NCBI GenBank assembly: GCA_001831095.1
Contig: MIDP01000011.1
Coordinates: 5,608 to 69,607 of the forward strand
Direction of reading: 5' to 3'
DNA: 64,000 nt
Source: Verrucomicrobia bacterium GWF2_51_19
GTDB lineage: Bacteria > Verrucomicrobiota > Verrucomicrobiia > Opitutales > UBA12508
The position numbers and the translations under genes were made by a program. Shown here in pieces: positions 9,830-18,911 of this stretch (its first letter is position 1; each line of letters begins with the position of its first letter). The notes under the pieces were generated by a model. The model saw nothing but the letters and a program-made list of their open reading frames with translations. It made no database searches and had not been told where the DNA came from.

Positions 9830-10870
9830 ATGGCTGAGAAAAACGCAATTTCAGTAGATAAGGTCAACTACGAGGGCCTCAACCGTCATCAAAAGATGGC
9901 CTACTTCCTCGTGCTCGTTGGGCCAGATTCCGCGGCGCAGATATTAAAAGACTTCGACGATGAAGAAATTGAGACCGTCTGCCGCGAGATTGCCGCTGTC
10001 CGCATCGTCGAGCGCGATATTCAAAGAAAGATCATCGATGAGTTTTCTAGCATCATTGGCGACAGCGTTGGCGGCATTTTAGGGGGATCCGGCTTTGCTC
10101 AAAAGGCGCTGGAAAAGGCCCGAGGAGACTACAAGGCGGCAACGATCATCAGTCATATTGCGCCTGTCGGCAGCACAACTGACTTGATTGAAGAAGTCAG
10201 CGATATGGAGCCGCGGCAGATCTTCAATTTGATGCGCTATGAACAAGCCCAAACGATCGCTTTTCTCATCTCTTACCTCAACCCACAAAAGGCGGCGGAT
10301 GTCATCAGTATGCTGCCCCTAGATGGCCGTGAAGAAGTCGTTGAGCGCATAGGATCTATGGGGAAAACGTCGTCAGCGATGCTCTCTAAAGTCGTCAAGA
10401 CGCTGAAAAAACACATCGTCACCTCGGATCAGCACACCAAGCACATCAGCGGCGGCGTACGCGCAGTGGCAGACCTCCTCAACGTCCTCGACAAAGACAT
10501 CAGCAAGACTCTTTTGGCAAAGATCGAAGAGCGCAACGCTCAATTGGGCTCCGACATCCGCAGAAAGATGTTCAGCTTCGACGACCTCATCCGGATTTCC
10601 GTCCCAGACCTGCAGCGGATTACACGCGAAATCGAGATGGCCGACCTCGTATTGGCTCTCAAATCTGCCAACCAAAGCCTCATGGAACACCTCTTTAAGG
10701 CCGTTTCTAAACGTGCCGCAGAGACCCTCAAGGAAGAACTCGAGCTCCTTGGCCCCGTCAAGTTAAAAGACGTCGAGGCTGCACAGGACCGCATTATTCA
10801 AGTCGTTCGCGGACTAGAAGATAAGGGTGAAATCTCGATAGAATCAGGAGGCGATCGTGTCATCTCTTAA
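9830..10870 (+). CDS. fliG: flagellar motor switch protein FliG
   Basis: 346 aa. The FliG architecture and motifs (MLPLDGREEVVERI, MFSFDDL, EAAQDRIIQVVRGLEDKGEI) were recognised by eye. Confidence 0.93.
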   Translation: MAEKNAISVDKVNYEGLNRHQKMAYFLVLVGPDSAAQILKDFDDEEIETVCREIAAVRIVERDIQRKIIDEFSSIIGDSVGGILGGSGFAQKALEKARGDYKAATIISHIAPVGSTTDLIEEVSDMEPRQIFNLMRYEQAQTIAFLISYLNPQKAADVISMLPLDGREEVVERIGSMGKTSSAMLSKVVKTLKKHIVTSDQHTKHISGGVRAVADLLNVLDKDISKTLLAKIEERNAQLGSDIRRKMFSFDDLIRISVPDLQRITREIEMADLVLALKSANQSLMEHLFKAVSKRAAETLKEELELLGPVKLKDVEAAQDRIIQVVRGLEDKGEISIESGGDRVIS

Positions 10871-10941
10871 ACAATCCACGCCCAAATGCGCCCAAACGCG
10901 CTTAGAACTTCAACAAATGCAGGAGTAGTCACCAGACTTCG

Positions 10942-11559
10942 ATGCGCTCTTTCATCAGGCATTTATTGAGTCAAACCTTGCAGATGACTACTAAAATCAC
11001 ATTTTTTCGGCCATTAAAGTCAGTAGCGCTCACCACTTTTGGGACGGCTGATGTTCCAGAATTACAGGTGAATGAGCGTGAAAGAAAGGCCTATGAGCGA
11101 GGAAAGGCAGAGTCGATGGTAGCCCTACAGGCCCAATTTGAGTCGTTGCGCCGCGCGAGCAGCGAGATGCAAGACAACTTTTTCCGCCGCCTCAACGACG
11201 ATTTTGAGGCCATGGTCAAGGACATCGATATGCGCATTCCCGACCTGCTCATTGGAATGCTCCGCCGTCTCTTGACGCAAGTCCCTGTCGATCGGGCGAT
11301 GTTGGACGGCATTTTGAAAGAGTTGTTGTCAGAAGTATCGGGCGAGGGCGAGCAGTTTACAGTCTTTCTCGCACCCCAAGACCTGCAAACGTTATCGGCA
11401 AATAATGCCGACTTTGCCAAAGATTACCCGCACGTCACCTTTAATGAGGATCATTCGCTGAAATCTGGTGATTGCTTTGTGAAGAGCCGCTTTGGCGTTG
11501 TCGACGGTCGCATCGAAACCAAGATCAACAAACTCACGCGCGAGCTGCATGGCGTATGA
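10942..11559 (+). CDS. fliH: flagellar assembly protein FliH
   Basis: 205 aa with a coiled-coil middle and the FliH C-terminal region (CFVKSRFGVVDGRIETKI). The stop overlaps the fliI start (ATGA). The start could be 10984. Confidence 0.75.
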   Translation: MRSFIRHLLSQTLQMTTKITFFRPLKSVALTTFGTADVPELQVNERERKAYERGKAESMVALQAQFESLRRASSEMQDNFFRRLNDDFEAMVKDIDMRIPDLLIGMLRRLLTQVPVDRAMLDGILKELLSEVSGEGEQFTVFLAPQDLQTLSANNADFAKDYPHVTFNEDHSLKSGDCFVKSRFGVVDGRIETKINKLTRELHGV

Positions 11560-12878
11560 ACCTTCCAGTACAGAAACACCTCGATTGGATACAGACACGT
11601 ATCGATCAGTCAAACCCGATCGAGCGCATTGGTTATGTCTGTGAGGTGGCTGGACTGATTATTGAGTCGAAGGGCCCAGAGGCGTCCTTGGGCGATATCG
11701 TCAACGTCTATTCCAAGCGTAGCGATTTCTTTGTAGAGGCCGAAGTGGTTGGCTTTCGAGACAACCGTGTCCTCCTGATGCCACTTGGCGACATCCGCGA
11801 TATCCACTCGGGATGTCAGGTGGTTGCGTCGTCGAGAGGCGCCCCGATTCCCTGTGGCGACGGCCTCATCGGACGCGTTGTAGACGGTTTTGGACGCCCC
11901 ATAGACGGTTTTGGAAAACTCCGCTGCGAGTACGTTAACGGTCTTCATCGCCACGCGCCAAACCCAATGACGCGCGGACGCATCGAGAAGGCTTTTGAAA
12001 CCGGCGTCAAGGCCATCGACACCTTTAACCCGCTCGGTTGCGGACAGCGCATGGGTATCTTTGCAGGCAGCGGCGTCGGAAAATCAACCCTCTTGGGCAT
12101 GATCGCCCGTGGAGCCGAGGCAGATATCAACGTCATTGCACTCGTCGGCGAGCGCGGCCGTGAGTTGCGCGAATTTATCGAAAATGACCTCGGGCCCGAA
12201 GGCCTGGCCAAATCAGTCGTCGTCGTATCGACATCCGACCAATCAGCGCCCCTCCGCATGCGCGCGGCCTTTGTCGCCACCCGTATCGCCGAGGCCTTCC
12301 GCGACGACGGCAAGAGCGTCCTTCTCCTCATGGACTCCGTTACGCGTTTTGCCATGGCGCAACGAGAAATCGGCCTGGCTGTCGGTGAACCACCCGCCTC
12401 GAGAGGCTACACGCCGTCCGTCTTTTCCATCTTGCCACGCCTTCTGGAACGCTCTGGAATGTCAGATAAAGGCTCCATAACGGCCCTGTACACCGTCCTC
12501 GTCGAAGGCGATGATTTCAACGAGCCTATCTCCGACGCCGTCCGCGGTATCCTCGATGGACACATCATTCTCAGCCGTCAACTCGCTACGGCCAACCATT
12601 TTCCAGCCGTCGACGTCCTCGAGAGCGTAAGTCGCTTGATACGGGCTGTTCTTTCGCCAGAAGAACTCGAAGCCGTATCTTTGGCACGTGACCTGCTAGC
12701 TCTATATCGTAGGAACGAAGACCTCATCACCGTCGGCGCCTACAACAAAGGTAGCAACGCTCGACTCGATTTGGCCATCGATAAACACGCCCTTCTCATG
12801 CAATTTCTCAAACAACGCTTCGATCAGCAGTTCTCTCGCCGGGAAAGCCTCGATCAGCTAAAGAAGTTAATTAAGTGA
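11556..12878 (+). CDS. fliI: flagellum-specific ATPase FliI
   Basis: Walker A GSGVGKST and Walker B LLLMDSVTR. The start was chosen at ATG 11556, which overlaps the fliH stop. The track ORF begins upstream at 11472 within fliH. Confidence 0.93.
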   Translation: MNLPVQKHLDWIQTRIDQSNPIERIGYVCEVAGLIIESKGPEASLGDIVNVYSKRSDFFVEAEVVGFRDNRVLLMPLGDIRDIHSGCQVVASSRGAPIPCGDGLIGRVVDGFGRPIDGFGKLRCEYVNGLHRHAPNPMTRGRIEKAFETGVKAIDTFNPLGCGQRMGIFAGSGVGKSTLLGMIARGAEADINVIALVGERGRELREFIENDLGPEGLAKSVVVVSTSDQSAPLRMRAAFVATRIAEAFRDDGKSVLLLMDSVTRFAMAQREIGLAVGEPPASRGYTPSVFSILPRLLERSGMSDKGSITALYTVLVEGDDFNEPISDAVRGILDGHIILSRQLATANHFPAVDVLESVSRLIRAVLSPEELEAVSLARDLLALYRRNEDLITVGAYNKGSNARLDLAIDKHALLMQFLKQRFDQQFSRRESLDQLKKLIK

Positions 12879-13309
12879 AATTATTTAGATTCAGATTGCA
12901 ATCGATACTGCGACTGCGCGAGGCCGCCCAAGAAAAGGCCCTCGAGCAGTACGGCCTTTCTGTGCGCCAACGCAAGGCCGCCGAGGAACACCTGCGTCTG
13001 AAGGAGGCTAAAATTGTCGAAATCGAGGGGGCAATTCGCGACACCCGCAGCTTTCTCTTCGACCCACAGACGCAGATGGCCTACTCCTACGGCCTCATAG
13101 GCGCCCAGGCCGACAGCGACCTCGCCCAAGCCCAGGTCTTACAGGCCAAACAAGAAGAACAAAAAGCCTTTAACGCTTTTCTCGAAAAGAAAAAAGAGGT
13201 CGATGTTTTTGAAAAACTTCGGAAACGGCAGGTCGCCGAACACTTTCAAGAATCCATCAAATCGGAACAAAAAGAAGCCGAAGATACCTTTAACGCCCGC
13301 AGAAAATGA
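12875..13309 (+). CDS. fliJ: flagellar export chaperone FliJ
   Basis: 144-aa coiled-coil protein (FRFRLQSILRLRE...). Positioned after fliI. GTG start overlaps the fliI stop. Confidence 0.75.
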   Translation: MKLFRFRLQSILRLREAAQEKALEQYGLSVRQRKAAEEHLRLKEAKIVEIEGAIRDTRSFLFDPQTQMAYSYGLIGAQADSDLAQAQVLQAKQEEQKAFNAFLEKKKEVDVFEKLRKRQVAEHFQESIKSEQKEAEDTFNARRK

Positions 13310-13914
13310 AGCTCAACCTCCAGTCTTGGATTGCCGCCATTCTGGCCCTCGTCCTCAACATCGTTGTGACGACCGCCCTGCTATGGGTCCAGCTACCCGG
13401 TATTATGCCCAAAGCGAAACCTCTACCCCCAGACATGCGCACGCCAGGCCTCTTTTGGGACTTCTACGTCCCTGAGCTCGACCGCGTCATGACACACCTA
13501 AAAACCGCCCGCCTCGAGTTCGACAAAAAAGCAGCTATGGTCGATAACGACCAGGCCCGCGTCAATGCCGAAAAGGAAGAGCTCGCCAAACTCAAGGCCG
13601 AAATCATCCGCTACCGTCAAGAGCTCACCGACCGCATCCTCGACGTCAAGGCCTCGGAACAACGAAACCTCAAGTCCCTCGCCGTCACATATGCCGCCAT
13701 CGAGCCCGACTCCGTTGTCAAGATTTTCAACGAAATGGATGACGCCCTCGTCGCCAAAATCATGATCTTTATGCCCCCAGATACCGCTGGCCCCATCTTC
13801 CAGGCCATGGCCACAGCCAAGGATAAAAACGGCAACCCGCTCGCCGACCGCGCTGCCCGCCTATCCGAATATTTACGGCTTAGCCAAACAAAAGAAAAGA
13901 CTAAAACCGAGTGA
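13306..13914 (+). CDS. flagellar protein with MgtE_N/MotE-like domain (YlxF/FlbB-type)
   Basis: 202 aa with an N-terminal TM segment, a coiled coil, and then VVKIFNEMDDALVAKIMIFMPPDTAGPIFQAM. Same position as ylxF in Bacillus-type fla operons. Confidence 0.55.
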   Translation: MKLNLQSWIAAILALVLNIVVTTALLWVQLPGIMPKAKPLPPDMRTPGLFWDFYVPELDRVMTHLKTARLEFDKKAAMVDNDQARVNAEKEELAKLKAEIIRYRQELTDRILDVKASEQRNLKSLAVTYAAIEPDSVVKIFNEMDDALVAKIMIFMPPDTAGPIFQAMATAKDKNGNPLADRAARLSEYLRLSQTKEKTKTE

Positions 13915-13920
13915 CACATT

Positions 13921-15939
13921 ATGGAAATCATAGATATATTGAAAGAAAGGTTTTCAGACAACAACGTGCAGCGGCCGTGCAATTTGCCGATGCCGCAGAA
14001 GGATGGCCTTGAGTTTTCGCTTCCGGACGAGGGCAAGCGGTTTCGATCTGACACAAAGGGTGGGGATTTTCGCCGAGACAATGATCGTGTGCTTGCTCCG
14101 AGAAGTGACGACAGGCGAATGGAACGAGTCGACGATAGGCGTGTCAATCGAGAGAGTGAGGAGCGGTCGCGCGAGGGTAGGGGAGAAGACCTAGAAGAGG
14201 TACCCGAAGAGGTTGCGGAGGAGCCCATGGAGGACGTGGTTGTCGCCGAGCCTGACCTGATGGCCTTGGTTCTCAATATGGCACAGGCAGAGCAGCCTGT
14301 CGAAACGGTGGCACTTGAGGGTGTTACTGAGGACGCTGTGAACGTTGAGGCGAGCACAGAAGAGACGTCAGCGGAGTCGACATTTTCTGACATTTTAGAT
14401 GAAACGGCCAATGCGGATGGGGCGGAAATTGCGGTGATTCCCGAAAAACCGTTGGTAAAGGGTCTGCCGACACGGCCAGTCGACAAGCCCATTGTGCGGC
14501 CGATGCAACGATCAGAGGTATCGAAAGAGGTGCCCGTCACGGAATCATCTGCTGATACCAAGGCAGATGCCGACATTCCAGTTGTTCAGCCGAAAAAGCC
14601 AACTTTTGTGCCGTCAAAGTCATTTGCAAGCCTTGAGCCGAAGATGGCCGCGGCGCCTGTCATTGAGACAGTTGTAGCGGAGACAGCCAAGCCCATTGTG
14701 AACGAGGTGCCCGTTGTTGAGCGTCCAGTGACTCAAGCAAAGCCCGTTACGCCCGTTGTGGAGTTTGCAGACGCTCCATTGGCAGAACTCCATCCAGAGG
14801 CTGAAGCGGTTGCCTTTGAGCCCGTTGTCGTCGATCAAAAGCCGGTTGAACGCCCAGTGGTTCCCGTTGAACGGCATAGGGTTTCAGACAAAGTGCCAGA
14901 GCTACTCAATAAACTGGAAAGCGCCTTGCGTTCGTTTGTGGGAGAAACGGAGCCCGTGATTGAGCCGATAGCAAGCGTCTCAGAGGAGACCCCTGAAGAG
15001 ATTTTAGAACAGTCGCCGCAGACATTTACTGAGCGTGTTGTCAAGTTTACGGAAACACCCAAATTGGCACCTAAGCAGCCTGTAGTCTCTGAAGAGGCGG
15101 CTGATGTCGAGGAGGTGCCAGTCACCTTGAACGAGCGCGACCTCTCTGCTTTGGAAAACAAGGCCATTCGCATCGATAAAAAACAATTTATTCGTGAACA
15201 AGCCACCCAGACGCGGACCGAGTTTCAACGCGAGGAGGCAAAAATTGCCGATACGTACGTTAGGGAAAATCAGACAGCGTTTACGCGACAGTCGGAAACG
15301 GTTGTCCAATACCCTTCTTTAAACGATAAATACAGCTTTGTACGGCCAATTGACAAAGTTGGCACGCGTCCTGCTCAAGGTATAGATGATATGGAGAAAG
15401 CCGCAGATACGAAAACTGTGAATCGGAGTGAAGCACTTGCCTCGAATCAAAGTAACAGTTTTGACCACAGTGATTGGGAGAACACTGCGTATCAAGAACA
15501 AGCGGGAGCTTTCTACAATCGCGAAAAGGAAAGGCGACGTGACTTTCGTTCCGAACAGACGGAAGCCACCAGAGCACAGGCAGTGCTCAATCATACAGGG
15601 GAACAAAACAAGACTGCTCATAGTACAGAAAGTCCGGCATCGGCTTCCGCCCTCGTGGCTGAAGTGATGCCGGCAATTCTGCAGCATCTGGAAAACCTCA
15701 GACGCTCCGGCCGCAATTGGATGAAGGTATCGATCACTCTACCAAACGGCAAGTCGATCAGCCTCCAATTGAGAAACACGGCCAATAACCAAGTCCAGGT
15801 GCGCTTCGGCCAAGAGGCGGCAGAGATTCGGGACAGTCTGTTGTCGGGTTGGACGGAACTCGCCCGCAACGCAGCTAAAAAGGGCCTTTCACTCTCGCGT
15901 CCAGAATTTGAAGACGCCACGAACTCCCTCATGGCTTAA
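13921..15939 (+). CDS. fliK: flagellar hook-length control protein FliK
   Basis: 672 aa. The body is acidic and P/V/E-rich and looks disordered. The C-terminus is a Flg_hook-like domain (ITLPNGKSISLQLRNTANNQVQVRFGQEAAEIRDSL). Position between fliJ/ylxF and flgD. Confidence 0.75.
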   Translation: MEIIDILKERFSDNNVQRPCNLPMPQKDGLEFSLPDEGKRFRSDTKGGDFRRDNDRVLAPRSDDRRMERVDDRRVNRESEERSREGRGEDLEEVPEEVAEEPMEDVVVAEPDLMALVLNMAQAEQPVETVALEGVTEDAVNVEASTEETSAESTFSDILDETANADGAEIAVIPEKPLVKGLPTRPVDKPIVRPMQRSEVSKEVPVTESSADTKADADIPVVQPKKPTFVPSKSFASLEPKMAAAPVIETVVAETAKPIVNEVPVVERPVTQAKPVTPVVEFADAPLAELHPEAEAVAFEPVVVDQKPVERPVVPVERHRVSDKVPELLNKLESALRSFVGETEPVIEPIASVSEETPEEILEQSPQTFTERVVKFTETPKLAPKQPVVSEEAADVEEVPVTLNERDLSALENKAIRIDKKQFIREQATQTRTEFQREEAKIADTYVRENQTAFTRQSETVVQYPSLNDKYSFVRPIDKVGTRPAQGIDDMEKAADTKTVNRSEALASNQSNSFDHSDWENTAYQEQAGAFYNREKERRRDFRSEQTEATRAQAVLNHTGEQNKTAHSTESPASASALVAEVMPAILQHLENLRRSGRNWMKVSITLPNGKSISLQLRNTANNQVQVRFGQEAAEIRDSLLSGWTELARNAAKKGLSLSRPEFEDATNSLMA

Positions 15940-15950
15940 AAAGGCTAATA

Positions 15951-16751
15951 ATGAGTACAGATGTATCAAATCTAGTGGCCTCGAAAACGCCTTATCAGAC
16001 GGGTTCGTCAACGAGTTACCAGCCGTCAACGAGCTCCACGATCACGCCGTATCAGGCCGTCAGCAAGGAACAAACGCTCACTTTTCAACAACAGATGGAT
16101 AAAATCGCCCTAGAAAAGGCATCACTGCTGGATAAGTTGATCAGTGATGGCAAGGGCATAGACAGCTCTTCTACGATGACAGACCAGCAAAGGGCAGAAT
16201 TTTGGAGTAAGCTGGAACAACAGTACAAAGAGCTCGATTGGAAGTATCAAACCGAGCAGGCGAAGATTCAGTCTGCACAGCAAGTCAACACGAGCAAAAT
16301 GACTCGGACGGAAAAAGAAAAGCTAGACTCGCTCTACACGACCGAGGCCGACCGTCAACTGAACATGCAAGACTTTCTCACGTTGATGACAAAACAGCTG
16401 CAATATCAAAACCCGATGGAGCCAATGAGCGACCTATCGTTCATGTCGCAGATGAGCAGCTTTACGTCTCTCGAACAGATGAAAGCGTTGTCGACATCGA
16501 TGGCCTCATTCACCAAGACGCAAAATCAGGCGTCCGCGCAGAGCTATTTGGGCAAGGAGGTCGTCATCAACGCGACTGATAAGCTCTATGCGGGCAGGAC
16601 AGAGGTGGGCATCGTCGAAGAAGTCAGACAATCGAACGCCGGTGATACTTACGTCGTCGTCAACGGCAAGCAATTCCTCTTTAAGGACATTGTCACCGTC
16701 CGCACACCCGTGGCTGCAACGACGGACACAACCACGGAAACCATTGTTTAA
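15951..16751 (+). CDS. flgD: flagellar hook capping/assembly protein FlgD
   Basis: FlgD motif QDFLTLMTKQLQYQNPMEPMSDLSFMSQMSSFTSLEQM. Confidence 0.9.
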   Translation: MSTDVSNLVASKTPYQTGSSTSYQPSTSSTITPYQAVSKEQTLTFQQQMDKIALEKASLLDKLISDGKGIDSSSTMTDQQRAEFWSKLEQQYKELDWKYQTEQAKIQSAQQVNTSKMTRTEKEKLDSLYTTEADRQLNMQDFLTLMTKQLQYQNPMEPMSDLSFMSQMSSFTSLEQMKALSTSMASFTKTQNQASAQSYLGKEVVINATDKLYAGRTEVGIVEEVRQSNAGDTYVVVNGKQFLFKDIVTVRTPVAATTDTTTETIV

Positions 16752-16779
16752 TACTAAAATTTCAAAACATCAAAGATAA

Positions 16780-16900
16780 AGAGCGATTCAAAATGCGCCT
16801 ATAGCAAGGCCCGAGGAATGAGGGCGACGGGAGCCTACTTAAGGTAGGTGACCTAGCCCGAACGACGAGAACGCCGCTAGAGGCCATTTTCAATCGCTCT
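16780..16900. repeat. R1 quasi-palindromic repeat (solo copy between flgD and flgE)
   Basis: Sequence agagcgattcaaaatgcgcctatagcaaggcccgagga...gccgctagaggccattttcaatcgctct. The outer arms are complementary. Confidence 0.9.
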
Positions 16901-16913
16901 TCAGAAAGGGAAT

Positions 16914-17948
16914 ATGGCACTTATAGGATCACTCAATAGCGGCGTCAGCGCACTCAGAAGTTTTTCCAAGGGCATGGAAGTTCTCGGCGACAACGTTGCG
17001 AACGTCAACACGATCGCATTCAAGTCATCCCGCATGGACTACACCACTGGCTTTGGCGACGTTTTGCAACGGTCAACGCCATCTGCCAGCGGTGGTAACG
17101 TCGGTTCGAACTCGACATCATCCCAAGTCGGTAGCGGCGTGCAAATCGGTATGATCTCCGTTAACTTTGCCCAGGGACCGCTCGAAAACACCGGCCGCGT
17201 CACCGACCTTGCCATCGTCAATGAGGGCTTTTTCAAAGTCATCGACTCCGCCAATAACAAGGCGTACGCCACTCGAGCGGGCAACTTGCGTATCGACGAC
17301 CGCGGTTATATCGTCACGGCCAAAGGTTACCGCTTGCAGGGCTTGAAGCAAGACGAAGACTATACCTTGCCGAAATACTCCGTTACGTTGAATTCCGACA
17401 ACGGTCTCGTTTACACGAGAGTTTCATTGGGAGAGGGCCCGCAAAGCGAAGAAATCACCAACTTGCGTGTCAACTTTAATCTCACGATCAATAATACAGG
17501 AACTGGCCTCGGCGGCACGTTGAGCGTTGCTGCAGAGGTTTATGTGCACTATACGGCAGCGGAAATCAAGACTTTGGCGCCGTCACTCGACTCGTACACG
17601 TTCGACACGCGTGGTAACCTCACTTACCTGCTGTCCGACGGTGTGGCCTTTTCACCGTATCAGCTCCTCTTGCTGAAGTTCAGCGATAAACAAGCCCTCC
17701 AGCACGAAGGTGAAGGCCTGTATTCAGGCTTTGATGCGGCGGGTGTCGAAGATTTTAACCGAAGTAACTCGGAGCCGGGAACACACGGTCTGGGATCGGT
17801 CCGCGGTAGCGCCCTGGAGCTGTCGAACGTCGACCTGACGCAACAGTTTGCCAATATCATCACGATTCAACGCAGCTTCCAATCGGCTGCCCGAATCATC
17901 AGCACATCCGACGAAATTCTGAACGAAATCACCAATTTGAAACGATAA
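16914..17948 (+). CDS. flgE: flagellar hook protein FlgE
   Basis: 344 aa with N-terminal LGDNVANVNTIAFKSSR and C-terminal LSNVDLTQQFANIITIQRSFQSAARIISTSDEIL. Follows flgD. Confidence 0.88.
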   Translation: MALIGSLNSGVSALRSFSKGMEVLGDNVANVNTIAFKSSRMDYTTGFGDVLQRSTPSASGGNVGSNSTSSQVGSGVQIGMISVNFAQGPLENTGRVTDLAIVNEGFFKVIDSANNKAYATRAGNLRIDDRGYIVTAKGYRLQGLKQDEDYTLPKYSVTLNSDNGLVYTRVSLGEGPQSEEITNLRVNFNLTINNTGTGLGGTLSVAAEVYVHYTAAEIKTLAPSLDSYTFDTRGNLTYLLSDGVAFSPYQLLLLKFSDKQALQHEGEGLYSGFDAAGVEDFNRSNSEPGTHGLGSVRGSALELSNVDLTQQFANIITIQRSFQSAARIISTSDEILNEITNLKR

Positions 17949-17975
17949 CTTTTCTTCATAGTACAGGTTGATTGG

Positions 17976-18010
17976 AGGCCGCTACAGCGAAAGTTGTGGC
18001 GGCCTTTTTT
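17976..18010 (+). terminator. rho-independent terminator of the flagellar operon
   Basis: AGGCCGCTACA-gcgaaag-TTGTGGCGGCCT followed by TTTTTT, 28 nt after the flgE stop. Confidence 0.8.
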
Positions 18011-18101
18011 GTCTGCTTCGCTGCCTTCGACTTCATTCAGCCTTATATGCTCTTCGCCAAATGTAAATAACGTTTTTGAGGCAGTTTGTACCGTGACTTA
18101 A

Positions 18102-18911
18102 TCAATCTTGTTGAGCGTTTTTCTTAAAAAGGTATTTTTTCATTAGAGATAGTGAAGGGAAGAGGTGCTCAATTGCACATTGTACGTGATTACTGAATAA
18201 CTTCAGGAACGGCTTGCGATACGAAAGAGGCTGTTCGTAAGTTCTCACCCACTCAAACCCGAAGCTCTTAACGAGGTCAATGACTTCCTTATTTGTAAAT
18301 TCACGAACATGGCCGAAGAAAAAAGGTGGCTTGATGGCTTTTTCGTATTGTTGTCTGACCGATTCTCTCGGTTTACTGGCCAGGCCGCTTCCTTTTACAA
18401 AGATAGCAAACAAGCCTGCATACGACCTCAAATCAGGTGTCGTGATGTATAGATATCCTTGAGGGCTAACTTTACGAGTAATGGCATCAAGTGCCTTCAA
18501 AATATTGCCCGATAAGTGTTCGATCAATTCACAGCAGATGACGACATCGTAGGTCTCTTTTTTTGTCGACAAAATACCTTCTTGAATATCACTAGAAGAC
18601 GATTGAGCAATGGCGTGTTTTTGCAAAAAAGCATCATAAGCACTCGTGTCGATATCGCATATTTCAAAAGTTGCCTCTGGAAAGGATTCTTGCAAGGCAC
18701 ATCCCAAGAGAGGTGGCGTTCCAGCAATCTCGAGAATGCTGTCTTTAGGGTTTACGATGGGTTGAATGGCAGCATAATCGCCAAGAGTTCGCCAATAAGT
18801 TGCAGTCAAATAGGCTTTTAACCACTTTTTGTCTCCTGTAAAATCGTTGCAAATCGACGCAATCCATGCATCGATCTTTTGTTGAGGGAAAGGATAGGGC
18901 TTTATTTTCAT
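18102..18911 (-). CDS. class I SAM-dependent methyltransferase
   Basis: 269 aa with motif I ILEIAGTPPLLG and post-I/II DVVICCELIEHL. The start overlaps the stop of the upstream 834-aa gene (ATGA). Confidence 0.8.
   Translation of the reverse strand: MKIKPYPFPQQKIDAWIASICNDFTGDKKWLKAYLTATYWRTLGDYAAIQPIVNPKDSILEIAGTPPLLGCALQESFPEATFEICDIDTSAYDAFLQKHAIAQSSSSDIQEGILSTKKETYDVVICCELIEHLSGNILKALDAITRKVSPQGYLYITTPDLRSYAGLFAIFVKGSGLASKPRESVRQQYEKAIKPPFFFGHVREFTNKEVIDLVKSFGFEWVRTYEQPLSYRKPFLKLFSNHVQCAIEHLFPSLSLMKKYLFKKNAQQD

Noticed and set aside
13617-14576. 319-aa Ser/Thr-rich ORF on the minus strand
   Set aside because: It is antisense to fliK and its low-complexity composition mirrors the P/E/V-rich sense strand. 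The fliK assignment is supported by operon position and the C-terminal domain.
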